From Nemertoderma westbladi (taxonomy: Eukaryota > Animalia > Xenacoelomorpha), in contig JAUCBJ010002736.1 in assembly GCA_032718475.1 (NCBI GenBank), positions 1 to 64,000 on the forward strand: a stretch of DNA of 64,000 nt, in the 5' to 3' direction. A program made the translations under genes and the position numbers. This document shows positions 1 through 11,163 of this stretch, piece after piece; the first letter of the stretch is position 1, and each line of letters opens with the position of its first letter. The notes below the pieces were generated by a model. It was not told where the DNA came from and made no database searches. It saw nothing but the letters and a program-made list of their open reading frames with translations.

Positions 1-578
1 CTTTCTAGTAATGTAGTTATTATATCCTTGCTCAGTTGTCTCTATATCTTTAGTTTGTCGCGCTCAATTATATCAATTTTCTAAGCGCCTTTATTATTAT
101 TATTATTAGAAATATAATTACACATATTAATATTGATGTACTAAATATAATTTTACCTCCCCAAGTTATATAAAATAAACAATAAATAAATACAACAACC
201 ATATTTAATTGACCCTTGTCGATAACCAAATGAGTCAAAAATACTTATAAAAAGGAAAAAATACATATATTATTACTGCGTAAACCGGTGTCTTCAAATG
301 AAGGCCGTTGGAGACCGTTGGAGGCCGTTGGCCGCTCCCTCCTGTTAATTTTTTAATGTTATATTTGTTTATACAAGGTTAGGTTGATATAGTTTATTAA
401 TAATCGGTGTTAATTTTAACTCCGATTAAAAATATAGACTAAATCCATATAGCGGTCGCCGCAATACCTGGATAATCTATTACATCAGTAGCGGCAGTGA
501 TTCAATGTAACGTTATCGGGTTGCTCACATAACGATCTGGTTAAGTAACATACCGAAAGATTACATAACGGCGTTCTG

Positions 579-764
579 TCACATAACGAGTCGCAAATCA
601 CATTTACTTGTATTATTTTGTTTTACCAAACTGGCGCTAATGTAACTCTCATTGGGTATAGTAGCGAGTAATTCATCTGTTATGATTATTTTTTTTGGCA
701 TAGTTGCCGGGCAACGGTAGACGTATTCGACTAATTCAGGGTCTGTGTTCAGCAGTTCGCAAAC
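579..764 (-). CDS. TFCP2: TFCP2 last coding exon
   Basis: CTTTAG acceptor. 61 codons VCELLNTDPELVEYVYRCPATMPKKIIITDELL...RLVM followed by TGA, resembling the LSF C-terminal domain. Confidence 0.85.
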   Translation of the reverse strand, partial: VCELLNTDPELVEYVYRCPATMPKKIIITDELLATIPNESYISASLVKQNNTSKCDLRLVM

Positions 765-979
765 CTAAAGAAACAAACAAAAACATGACGCAATAAATAC
801 ACAATGTAATATAAAATAAAATAAGATACAAAATAATTCTCATGAAGTTAAATAACGTAAATTATTTATTGAAATTGTATAATTCACGAATATAACTTAC
901 ACTATATTTTAATTCAATTAATTGTTCAAAATTGACTCGATTTCATTGAACATAAAAAAATTACAAATAAATATCGAAC

Positions 980-1211
980 CTTATATTTAAGTTCCCTTGC
1001 AGTAAGTTTGTCCAGGTACACAGCATGGTACACTAATTGGTTATCTATGCTCAGATAGAGAGTAAGTATTGGCCGATAGTTTCTTTGTTGTAACACATTA
1101 AACAGTCGTATCCCTTCGGCGGGGCCGCATATCGCAACCAGGTCGTCTTTAGCCATGTGTATGAGATCGGTGCCGCTGTAGTTGGCAAAAACCTCAGCGA
1201 ACATTTGAAAC
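980..1211 (-). CDS. TFCP2: TFCP2 exon 10 (SAM-like domain)
   Basis: Poly-T-AG acceptor. Encodes FQMFAEVFANYSGTDLIHMAKDDLVAICGPAEGIRLFNVL (cf. [30 protein letters not shown]). Donor AAG|GTTCGA. Confidence 0.93.
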
Positions 1212-1269
1212 CTAAAAAAAAAGCAAAGAAAGATAGGTTGCTAGGTTACATCATTAGCAATAAAATGTT

Positions 1270-4200
1270 CCACCATACCTGTTAGCTATTAACCACCGCT
1301 GTGTTTGTCCGGTCCCACCGTACCTGTTAGCTATTAACCACCGCTGTGTTTGTCCGGTCCCACCGTACCTGTTAGCTATTAACCACCGCTGTGTTTGTCC
1401 GGTCCCACCGTACCTGTTAGCTATTAACCACCGCTGTGTTTGTCCGGTCCCACCGTACCTGTTAGCTATTAACCACCGCTGTGTTTGTCCGGTCCCACCG
1501 TACCTGTTAGCTATTAACCACCGCTGTGTTTGTCCGGTCCCACCGTACCTGTTAGCTATTAACCACCGCTGTGTTTGTCCGGTCCCACCGTACCTGTTAC
1601 CTATTAACCACCGCTGTGTTTGTCCGGTCCCACCGTACCTGTTAGCTATTAACCACCGCTGTGTTTGTCCGGTCCCACCGTACCTGTTAGCTATTAACCA
1701 CCGCTGTGTTTGTCCGGTCCCACCGTACCTGTTAGCTATTAACCACCGCTGTGTTTGTCCGGTCCCACCGTACCTGTTAGCTATTAACCACCGCTGTGTT
1801 TGTCCGGTCCCACCGTACCTGTTAGCTATTAACCACCGCTGTGTTTGTCCGGTCCCACCGTACCTGTTAGCTATTAACCACCGCTGTGTTTGTCCGGTCC
1901 CACCGTACCTGTTAGCTATTAACCACCGCTGTGTTTGTGCGGTCCCACCGTACCTGTTAGCTATTAACCACCGCTGTGTTTGTCCGGTCCCACCGTACCT
2001 GTTAGCTATTAACCACCGCTGTGTTTGTGCGGTCCCACCGTACCTGTTAGCTAATAACCACCGCTGTGTTTGTCCGGTCCCACCGTACCTGTTAGCTATT
2101 AACCACCGCTGTGTTTGTCCGGTCCCACCGTACCTGTTAGCTATTAACCACCGCTGTGTTTGTCCGGTCCCACCGTACCTGTTAGCTATTAACCACCGCT
2201 GTGTTTGTCCGGTCCCACCGTACCTGTTAGCTATTAACCACCGCTGTGTTTGTCCGGTCCCACCGTACCTGTTAGCTATTAACCACCGGCTGTGTTTGTC
2301 CGGTCCCACCGTACCTGTTAGCTATTAACCACCGCTGTGTTTGTCCGGTCCCACCGTACCTGTTAGCTATTAACCACCGCTGTGTTTGTCCGGTCCCACC
2401 GTACCTGTTAGCTATTAACCACCGCTGTGTTTGTCCGGTCCCACCGTACCTGTTAGCTATTAACCACCGCTGTGTTTGTCCGGTCCCACCGTACCTGTTA
2501 GCTATTAACCACCGCTGTGTTTGTCCGGTCCCACCGTACCTGTTAGCTATTAACCACCGCTGTGTTTGTCCGGTCCCACCGTACCTGTTAGCTATTAACC
2601 ACCGCTGTGTTTGTCCGGTCCCACCGTACCTGTTAGCTATTAACCACCGCTGTGTTTGTCCGGTCCCACCGTACCTGTTAGCTATTAACCACCGCTGTGT
2701 TTGTCCGGTCCCACCGTACCTGTTAGCTATTAACCACCGCTGTGTTTGTCCGGTCCCACCGTACCTGTTAGCTATTAACCACCGCTGTGTTTGTCCGGTC
2801 CCACCGTACCTGTTAGCTATTAACCACCGCTGTGTTTGTCCGGTCCCACCGTACCTGTTAGCTATTAACCACCGCTGTGTTTGTCCGGTCCCACCGTACC
2901 TGTTAGCTATTAACCACCGCTGTGTTTGTCCGGTCCCACCGTACCTGTTAGCTATTAACCACCGGCTGTGTTTGTCCGGTCCCACCGTACCTGTTAGCTA
3001 ATAACCACCGCTGTGTTTGTCCGGTCCCACCGTACCTGTTAGCTATTAACCACCGCTGTGTTTGTCCGGTCCCACCGTACCTGTTAGCTATTAACCACCG
3101 CTGTGTTTGTCCGGTCCCACCGTACCTGTTAGCTATTAACCACCGCTGTGTTTGTCCGGTCCCACCGTACCTGTTAGCTATTAACCACCGCTGTGTTTGT
3201 CCGGTCCCACCGTACCTGTTAGCTATTAACCACCGCTGTGTTTGTCCGGTCCCACCGTACCTGTTAGCTATTAACCACCGCTGTGTTTGTCCGGTCCCAC
3301 CGTACCTGTTAGCTATTAACCACCGCTGTGTTTGTCCGGTCCCACCGTACCTGTTAGCTATTAACCACCGGCTGTGTTTGTCCGGTCCCACCGTACCTGT
3401 TACCTATTAACCACCGCTGTGTTTGTCCGGTCCCACCGTACCTGTTAGCTATTAACCACCGCTGTGTTTGTCCGGTCCCACCGTACCTGTTAGCTATTAA
3501 CCACCGCTGTGTTTGTCCGGTCCCACCGTACCTGTTAGCTATTAACCACCGCTGTGTTTGTCCGGTCCCACCGTACCTGTTAGCTATTAACCACCGCTGT
3601 GTTTGTCCGGTCCCACCGTACCTGTTAGCTATTAACCACCGCTGTGTTTGTGCGGTCCCACCGTACCTGTTAGCTATTAACCACCGCTGTGTTTGTCCGG
3701 TCCCACCGTACCTGTTAGCTATTAACCACCGGCTGTGTTTGTGCGGTCCCACCGTACCTGTTAGCTAATAACCACCGCTGTGTTTGTCCGGTCCCACCGT
3801 ACCTGTTAGCTATTAACCACCGCTGTGTTTGTCCGGTCCCACCGTACCTGTTAGCTAATAACCACCGCTGTGTTTGTCCGGTCCCACCGTACCTGTTAGC
3901 TATTAACCACCGCTGTGTTTGTCCGGTCCCACCGTACCTGTTAGCTATTAACCACCGGCTGTGTTTGTGCGGTCCCACCGTACCTGTTAGCTAATAACCA
4001 CCGCTGTGTTTGTCCGGTCCCACCGTACCTGTTAGCTATTAACCACCGCTGTGTTTGTCCGGTCCCACCGTACCTGTTAGCTATTAACCACCGCTGTGTT
4101 TGTCCGGTCCCACCGTACCTGTTAGCTATTAACCACCGCTGTGTTTGTCCGGTCCCACCGTACCTGTTAGCTATTAACCACCGCTGTGTTTGTGTGTTCC

Positions 4201-6767
4201 CACCGTACCTGTTAGCTATTAACCACCGCTGTGTTTGTCCGGTCCCACCGTACCTGTTAGCTAATAACCACCGGCTGTGTTTGTCCGGTCCCACCGTACC
4301 TGTTAGCATTAACCACCGCTGTGTTTGTCCGGTCCCACCGTACCTGTTAGCTATTAACCACCGCTGCGTTTGTCCGGTCCCACCGTACCTGTTAGATTAA
4401 CCACCGCTGTGTTTGTCCGGTCCCACCGTACCTGTTAGCTATTAACCACCGCTGTGTTTGTCCGGTCCCACCGTACCTGTTAGCTATTAACCACCGCTGT
4501 GTTTGTCCGGTCCCACCGTACCTGTTAGCTATTAACCACCGCTGTGTTTGTCCGGTCCCACCGTACCTGTTAGCTATTAACCACCGCTGTGTTTGTCCGG
4601 TCCCACCGTACCTGTTAGCTATTAACCACCGCTGTGTTTGTCCGGTCCCACCGTACCTGTTAGCTATTAACCACCGGCTGTGTTTGTGCGGTCCCACCGT
4701 ACCTGTTAGCTAATAACCACCGCTGTGTTTGTCCGGTCCCACCGTACCTGTTAGCTATTAACCACCGCTGTGTTTGTCCGGTCCCACCGTACCTGTTAGC
4801 TAATAACCACCGCTGTGTTTGTCCGGTCCCACCGTACCTGTTAGCTAATAACCACCGCTGTGTTTGTCCGGTCCCACCGTACCTGTTAGCTATTAACCAC
4901 CGCTGTGTTTGTCCGGTCCCACCGTACCTGTTAGCTATTAACCACCGCTGTGTTTGTCCGGTCCCACCGTACCTGTTAGCTAATAACCACCGCTGTGTTT
5001 GTCCGGTCCCACCGTACCTGTTAGCTATTAACCACCGCTGTGTTTGTCCGGTCCCACCGTACCTGTTAGCTATTAACCACCGCTGTGTTTGTCCGGTCCC
5101 ACCGTACCTGTTAGCTAATAACCACCGCTGTGTTTGTCCGGTCCCACCGTACCTGTTAGCTAATAACCACCGCTGTGTTTGTCCGGTCCCACCGTACCTG
5201 TTAGCTATTAACCACCGCTGTGTTTGTCCGGTCCCACCGTACCTGTTAGCTATTAACCACCGGCTGTGTTTGTGCGGTCCCACCGTACCTGTTAGCTAAT
5301 AACCACCGCTGTGTTTGTCCGGTCCCACCGTACCTGTTAGCTATTAACCACCGCTGTGTTTGTCCGGTCCCACCGTACCTGTTAGCTATTAACCACCGCT
5401 GTGTTTGTCCGGTCCCACCGTACCTGTTAGCTAATAACCACCGCTGTGTTTGTCCGGTCCCACCGTACCTGTTAGCTAATAACCACCGCTGTGTTTGTCC
5501 GGTCCCACCGTACCTGTTAGCTAATAACCACCGCTGTGTTTGTCCGGTCCCACCGTACCTTTTAGCTAATAACCACCGCTGTGTTTGTCCGGTCCCACCG
5601 TACCTGTTAGCTATTAACCACCGCTGTGTTTGTCCGGTCCGACCGTACCTGTTAGCTATTAACCACCGCTGTGTTTGTCCGGTACCACCGTACCTGTTAG
5701 CTATTAACCACCGCTGTGTTTGTCCGGTCCCACCGTACTTGTTAGCTATTAACCACCGCTGTGTTTGTCCGGTCCCACCGTACCTGTTAGCTAATAACCA
5801 CCGCTGTGTTTGTCCGGTCCCACCGTACCTGTTAGCTATTAACCACCGCTGTGTTTGTCCGGTCCCACCGTACCTGTTAGCTATTAACCACCGCTGTGTT
5901 TGTCCGGTCCCACCGTACCTGTTAGCTATTAACCACCGCTGTGTTTGTCCGGTCCCACCGTACCTGTTAGCTATTAACCACCGCTGTGTTTGTCCGGTCC
6001 CACCGTACCTGTTAGCTATTAACCACCGCTGTGTTTGTCCGGTCCGACCGTACCTGTTAGCTATTAACCACCGCTGTGTTTGTCCGGTCCCACCGTACTT
6101 GTTAGCTAATAACCACCGCTGTGTTTGTCCGGTCCCACCGTACCTGTTAGCTAATAACCACCGCTGTGTTTGTCCGGTCCCACCGTACCTGTTAGCTAAT
6201 AACCACCGCTGTGTTTGTCCGGTCCCACCGTACCTGTTAGCTAATAACCACCGCTGTGTTTGTCCGGTCCCACCGTACCTGTTAGCTATTAACCACCGCT
6301 GTGTTTGTCCGGTCCCACCGTACCTGTTAGCTATTAACCACCGCTGTGTTTGTCCGGTCCCACCGTACCTGTTAGCTATTAACCACCGCTGTGTTTGTCC
6401 GGTCCCACCGTACCTGTTAGCTATTAACCACCGCTGTGTTTGTCCGGTCCCACCGTACCTGTTAGCTATTAACCACCGCTGTGTTTGTCCGGTCCCACCG
6501 TACCTGTTAGCTATTAACCACCGCTGTGTTTGTCCGGTCCCACCGTACCTGTTAGCTAATAACCACCGCTGTGTTTGTCCGGTCCCACCGTACCTGTTAG
6601 CTAATAACCACCGCTGTGTTTGTCCGGTCCCACCGTACCTGTTAGCTAATAACCACCGCTGTGTTTGTCCGGTCCCTCCGTACCTGTTAGTTATTAACCA
6701 CCGCTGTGTTTGTCCGGTCCCACCGTACCTGTTAGCTATTAACCACCGCTGTGTTTGTCCGGTCCCA
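1270..6767 (-). repeat. 45-bp minisatellite (~122 copies) made of exon-9 end plus splice donor
   Basis: Minus-strand unit ACCGGACAAACACAGCGGTGGTTAATAGCTAACAG|GTACGGTGGG, near-identical copies. Confidence 0.98.
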
Positions 6768-6900
6768 GCGTCCGCACTAAGGGGTTGTCCCGCTCGAACA
6801 GTTTTTCCGCCAATAAGAAACCCTTCGAAGTGCCCTTCCCCATTCCCTAACGTTGAATTCGGACTGCAACTTGCGTCGGAATGATCGCTCAGACTTTGGT
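6729..6900 (-). CDS. TFCP2: TFCP2 exon 9 (start of SAM-like domain)
   Basis: TTTTAG acceptor. Encodes DQSLSDH...LSADAGTGQTQRWLIANR (cf. TFCP2 QQWLHRNR). Donor CAG|GTACGG at 6728. Confidence 0.88.
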
Positions 6901-7103
6901 CTAAAACAAATAAAATATATACGATAGGCAAAAATACGGGATGTAAATAAGGGGCGGGGGGGGGGGGGGGGGGGTACCCCTACAAAAAAACTTAGTTTCA
7001 ACATCAGGGGGTTTTAAAGAAATAAATTGATTGTGACTTGAGTATAAAGAAATTCTAGAACGCCTCAATAATTTTGAATTGGGTTGTTGTAACATACACT
7101 TAC

Positions 7104-7314
7104 CGAGTGAGGATAACTTGCCGCTCGTCTTTAGTTTTTTTGGCCGAAGTACGTCCGCGGGATTGGTGGATGTATCTGTTTGCTCGATACCTGATTGGTT
7201 GAAACTCGTGTCATATGGATTTTTAACTGAGGTCCGTTGTCCTGGAGACGGATAACCTTTCATTTGAGAAGGTTTTAATGAACAATTCACTCCTTTACGC
7301 GATTTTCCCTCAAC
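7104..7314 (-). CDS. TFCP2: TFCP2 exon 8 (linker)
   Basis: TTTTAG acceptor, open frame VEGKSRKG...KLSSL, donor CG|GTAAGT. Phases 0/1 fit the neighbours. Confidence 0.75.
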
Positions 7315-9704
7315 CTAAAAAGCGTAAAAAGTTATATGAGAATGAAAGATACCGAGTGCCGGAGGCAACCCGGCATTTAATGGGCAAATTTTCACAATTT
7401 TTTACTACTTCGGTCATAAGTATAAAAAATCCGAGCACTTAGAAATTTCCTGATTGTCTTTCTCAGTTTTTCTAACTCGTGGCTCAGTTAATCTTTAATG
7501 ATCGTTTCAAATATCATGGAAAATTCGCTGTTAGCGCCATGCATGGCGGTAGTTGTGGTACCAGCATCGTTTGATGGGGGTGGGCGGCTACCCCCTCCCG
7601 TGGTAAAATTTTAAAATTTTTGTTTTATATTTCGTCTGATGCTGAATTTAATGGGGACTTTAAATATTAAAACGGCTTGGTGAGATCTTTTCTAGTTCTC
7701 AATAAGTTATCGCTGTTTCCGTCTAACAGTTTGTCCGTCGAAATTTAGACGACTGACTAACGTAAAAACAGACGTCGGAAATCACCGACCCCGAAAACCT
7801 CTATTGATAATTTCAGTGAGTTGTTATGAAGCAATTTAGTGCCAAACATTACTAACCGATTAACCGACCACAGACAGGTTTGAGGGGGAAAGTTGAAACT
7901 TTAAAGGAAATTATCTCGGAATTCACATTTTTCGATTTTTCTAAATACTACTCCTCCGCCATTTTTATCTCAAATTCAACAATTTATGGCTTTATTTGAT
8001 TGGATGGCTTTTTTTCCGAGAGGTTGAAGATCTTGAAAAACTTCACATTTTTGGGAATTTTAATTTAATTTAATAATTTTAATTTAATTATTAAATTTAT
8101 CAATTATATTTAATGAAAAAATTTGGATAAAAATTAAGGGACTAGTGTTATTAGTGAAATATTTAATTCTGCTACTCGCCGATAGAGGGAAACAAAAAGT
8201 TTTCAAATTTAAATTTTTTTGCTCTTTGGCCTTCCCCACGTTGTTGGCTGAACACAACAACAGGAAGTGACATACAATACGTAGTTGGAGCTGTTTCCAT
8301 GGAAATGAGATAGATAACCCCAATTGTTTTTCCAAAAATGAACTTCATTTACTAAAATTTCCCTCACCATAAATCGATATAAGATTTTACTGGTACAGTT
8401 CTGTTTAATATTGTGTTTACCTATTTAATTTACCCTGCTCGTTGTATAGATAATGATATTTATTCTTACTAAAATTCGGGGGTGTCACGGTCCCATGTGA
8501 CGTACACTAGACTTTCTGCTGTTATATTTCACTTTTCAGTTTGCCCCCATGTGAAGAATACCAGGTTTTCACAAAAGTCCCATGTCACGGGATTAACCCT
8601 GTGTACACTTCGACATCCCAAAGTTATTAACAACAATATTGTTATTTATTATATTTATTTATTAACAACAACTTCGGTTTGAAGAACTATCAAAAGCTTG
8701 AGTTCTAGGCCCCATATAAGTTGTGTCAATCTAGATCCCCTAACAACCCATGATACAGAAGGGCGAATCTAACCAAAACAATAAACGGAAACATACGCGC
8801 ATGATAAATAAATGATAAATTCAAGCTATAAAACACTTAATAAAGGCTACCAATTAAAGTCACTCCAAAATTGATGAATATTTCACCAGAAAAATTATAT
8901 TATACCAATTTAAATAATATCCCAAAAAAAATTATTCAACACCAAATAAAATAAAGTCACCACAAATAAAATTATTCAACACCAAAAACCAATTATTCAC
9001 ACCAAAACAATGACAAAACCCCCAAAATAATTACAAACTTTCCCAAAATAAGTACATATCGCCCCAAAATAAATACATACATAAATGGATATTCAATTCC
9101 CCCAAAATATTCAAGTATTCTACCAAAATAAACAGACTCTTAGTTACAGACTCTCAGTTGCAGAGAATATTGGTACGAGGATCGTTAGTATACGATGATT
9201 AAACATTTTGTTTGATTTATGGAAATAAATAATTAATGAATTTGTATTTGGTGTTATGAATATAATATAATATGAATATAGAATAAAATAGAATGAATAT
9301 ATATTTGGTGTTGGAAGAATTGTTTTTGGTTGACAAGTAATTATTTTAGGGAGATTGAATACTTTTTGAGGTATGAATAATTGTTTTTGGGGACGAATAA
9401 TTGTTTTTGGTGAGGGAGATATTCAAAATTGGGGGATGTAAATTATTGGTGCTACAAAAAATATATTTGGTGCTAAATAATTGATTTTTGTGTCAAATCA
9501 TCTAATTTGGGGCGGCATTCTATTAGTGGCGCTAATAAAGGAGAAATAAAAAAAATACAAAATTATCATATATAAAATTCCAATAAAATTTCTACCGAAA
9601 AGTGAAAACCTGATATTCTTCACATGGGCGGGTGTCATAGGGGTTTGATACCAATATGGTTACGTTTTACACGGGTAATACGGTTGTATATTTAACTGAC
9701 GTAC

Positions 9705-9892
9705 CTTGACCTGTTTGTATTGCTCAGCTAGATCGGCAAAAGATAAATCCTTGGTGTCGATAGTAATAAGAGGTTGACTACCCATCGGTTGGTTTGCGAT
9801 TAAGTGGAGGGGAAGGGGCGGTGGGGGTGGGGGAGGGGGAGGAGGGGGGCACTTCCCTTCCGATACCGAATCACGGCGCTTCGTTCCAGTAC
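9705..9892 (-). CDS. TFCP2: TFCP2 exon 7 (proline-rich linker)
   Basis: Open frame with a poly-Pro tract, phase-1 acceptor GCTTAG and phase-0 donor AAG|GTACGT. Phases fit the neighbouring exons, but there is no conserved motif. Confidence 0.65.
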
Positions 9893-10292
9893 CTAAGCCA
9901 ATCAACAGTTAGTCTATCATAACGTCATTCGGTCACATCCAGTGACGAATTCCACGAATTATTAGTTAGATTTATCATTACGGCTTATAATTCCTGGAAT
10001 TTACGCCACAATATCTTATCTTTCTGAGAATACTATACTGTAATGTAATGTATGTCTACTACACTGTAATCTTGTTTATTGGGATGATTGCTGCAATAGT
10101 CCGGTAAATATTGCATTACCTTGCATGGAAGTAAATGAAATAAACAACCCGACTTACCATACTGGTACCATTGAGGGTTTACCTAAAAGTTACCAAATTC
10201 TACACCAGATCGTGACTTTAGTTTCCATAATATTGTTCGATCTTGTACAGATTTACCTTGGTGTTGTTGGTACAGCAGCTGTATACACGTAC

Positions 10293-10524
10293 CTTGGGCA
10301 GGTGTCTGTCCCGTACCAGTAGGACTTCTAGCAGGCGCCCTCGGTAGAACAGCTGGGGAGGTAGGGTGACTCCAGTTCACCGGTATATCGTAGACGCATT
10401 GGGAGAGCAGCGTACACTCGTACGACGGCTGGTACTTCTGGGCCTCTTTAGCCGGCTTCCTTTCCAGTTTATCGCGATCTGTTTTACGTTTACGATCGGC
10501 GCCTTTCGGTTTAAATACCTTCAC
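10293..10524 (-). CDS. TFCP2: TFCP2 exon 6
   Basis: CTACAG acceptor. Encodes VKVFKPKGADRKRKTDRDKLERK...KYQPSYECTLL. The 3' end is uncertain: there are phase-1 donors at 10292 (CAAG|GTACGT) and 10256 (CAAG|GTAAAT). Confidence 0.85.
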
Positions 10525-10637
10525 CTGTAGATAAACAGATTAACGATTCGTAATATTGATTAATTAGAGTTCCCGGGAAGGTTGGGCATTGAAATAATCT
10601 ACGGCAAAATCGTAACATCGCTCAATGACATTGTTAG

Positions 10638-10860
10638 AAGCGTGTCTCGTCAAACCGATTGGTCACTCGCTTTTCTTATATAGCTAGGAGGTCCCAGGAT
10701 CGATCCCTTGCCAAGGTAGTTACAATTTTGTAACTAGTGCGCCAGCCAATGCGGGGACCTGGCTTCTGCTGGGTGAGCAAAGAAAATAGATTGGATGTTT
10801 ACGGGATGTTCACCCTTGGGAGTTAGTGTGGCGCCATCCCTTCCTTATAGGTAACAGCCA
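10638..10860 (+). mobile_element. Possible degenerate tRNA-derived SINE
   Basis: B-box-like GGAGGTCCCAGGATCGATCCC in a GC-richer intronic patch. Boundaries are uncertain. Confidence 0.25.
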
Positions 10861-10959
10861 CGAGATAATATCTTTCTGGTGCCTCCGGTGTTTCGTGTTT
10901 CACACGTTCACCGATCACTTTAGTTACCCAACTAGACATTCATCCACAATCTCGCCTAC

Positions 10960-11118
10960 CTGGGCACTAGCAGAGAATACTAGATTGGGATCCTGGCTGA
11001 CATCTGAACTAGGAACAGACTGATTGGGTAACATAAAAGTATCCAACTGGATTCGGAAAGGTACTCCTCTCTCCCCTCCGTGCTTCCTTTGTGTAAATTC
11101 TGTACCGATACAATGGAC
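10960..11118 (-). CDS. TFCP2: TFCP2 exon 5
   Basis: TTTTAG acceptor. Encodes [28 protein letters not shown]...FSASAQ, the hallmark CP2 motif. Donor CAG|GTAGGC. Confidence 0.95.
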
Positions 11119-11163
11119 CTAAAATAAACGAAAATATATCAGCATCAATTTAAAATACAGTTG

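Noticed and set aside
1254-6884. Long repetitive ORFs (GTGQTQRWLIANRYG / PPYLLAINHRCVCPV) as standalone genes
   Set aside because: They are by-products of a 45-bp stop-free unit inside a TFCP2 intron. Only the first unit is canonical exon.
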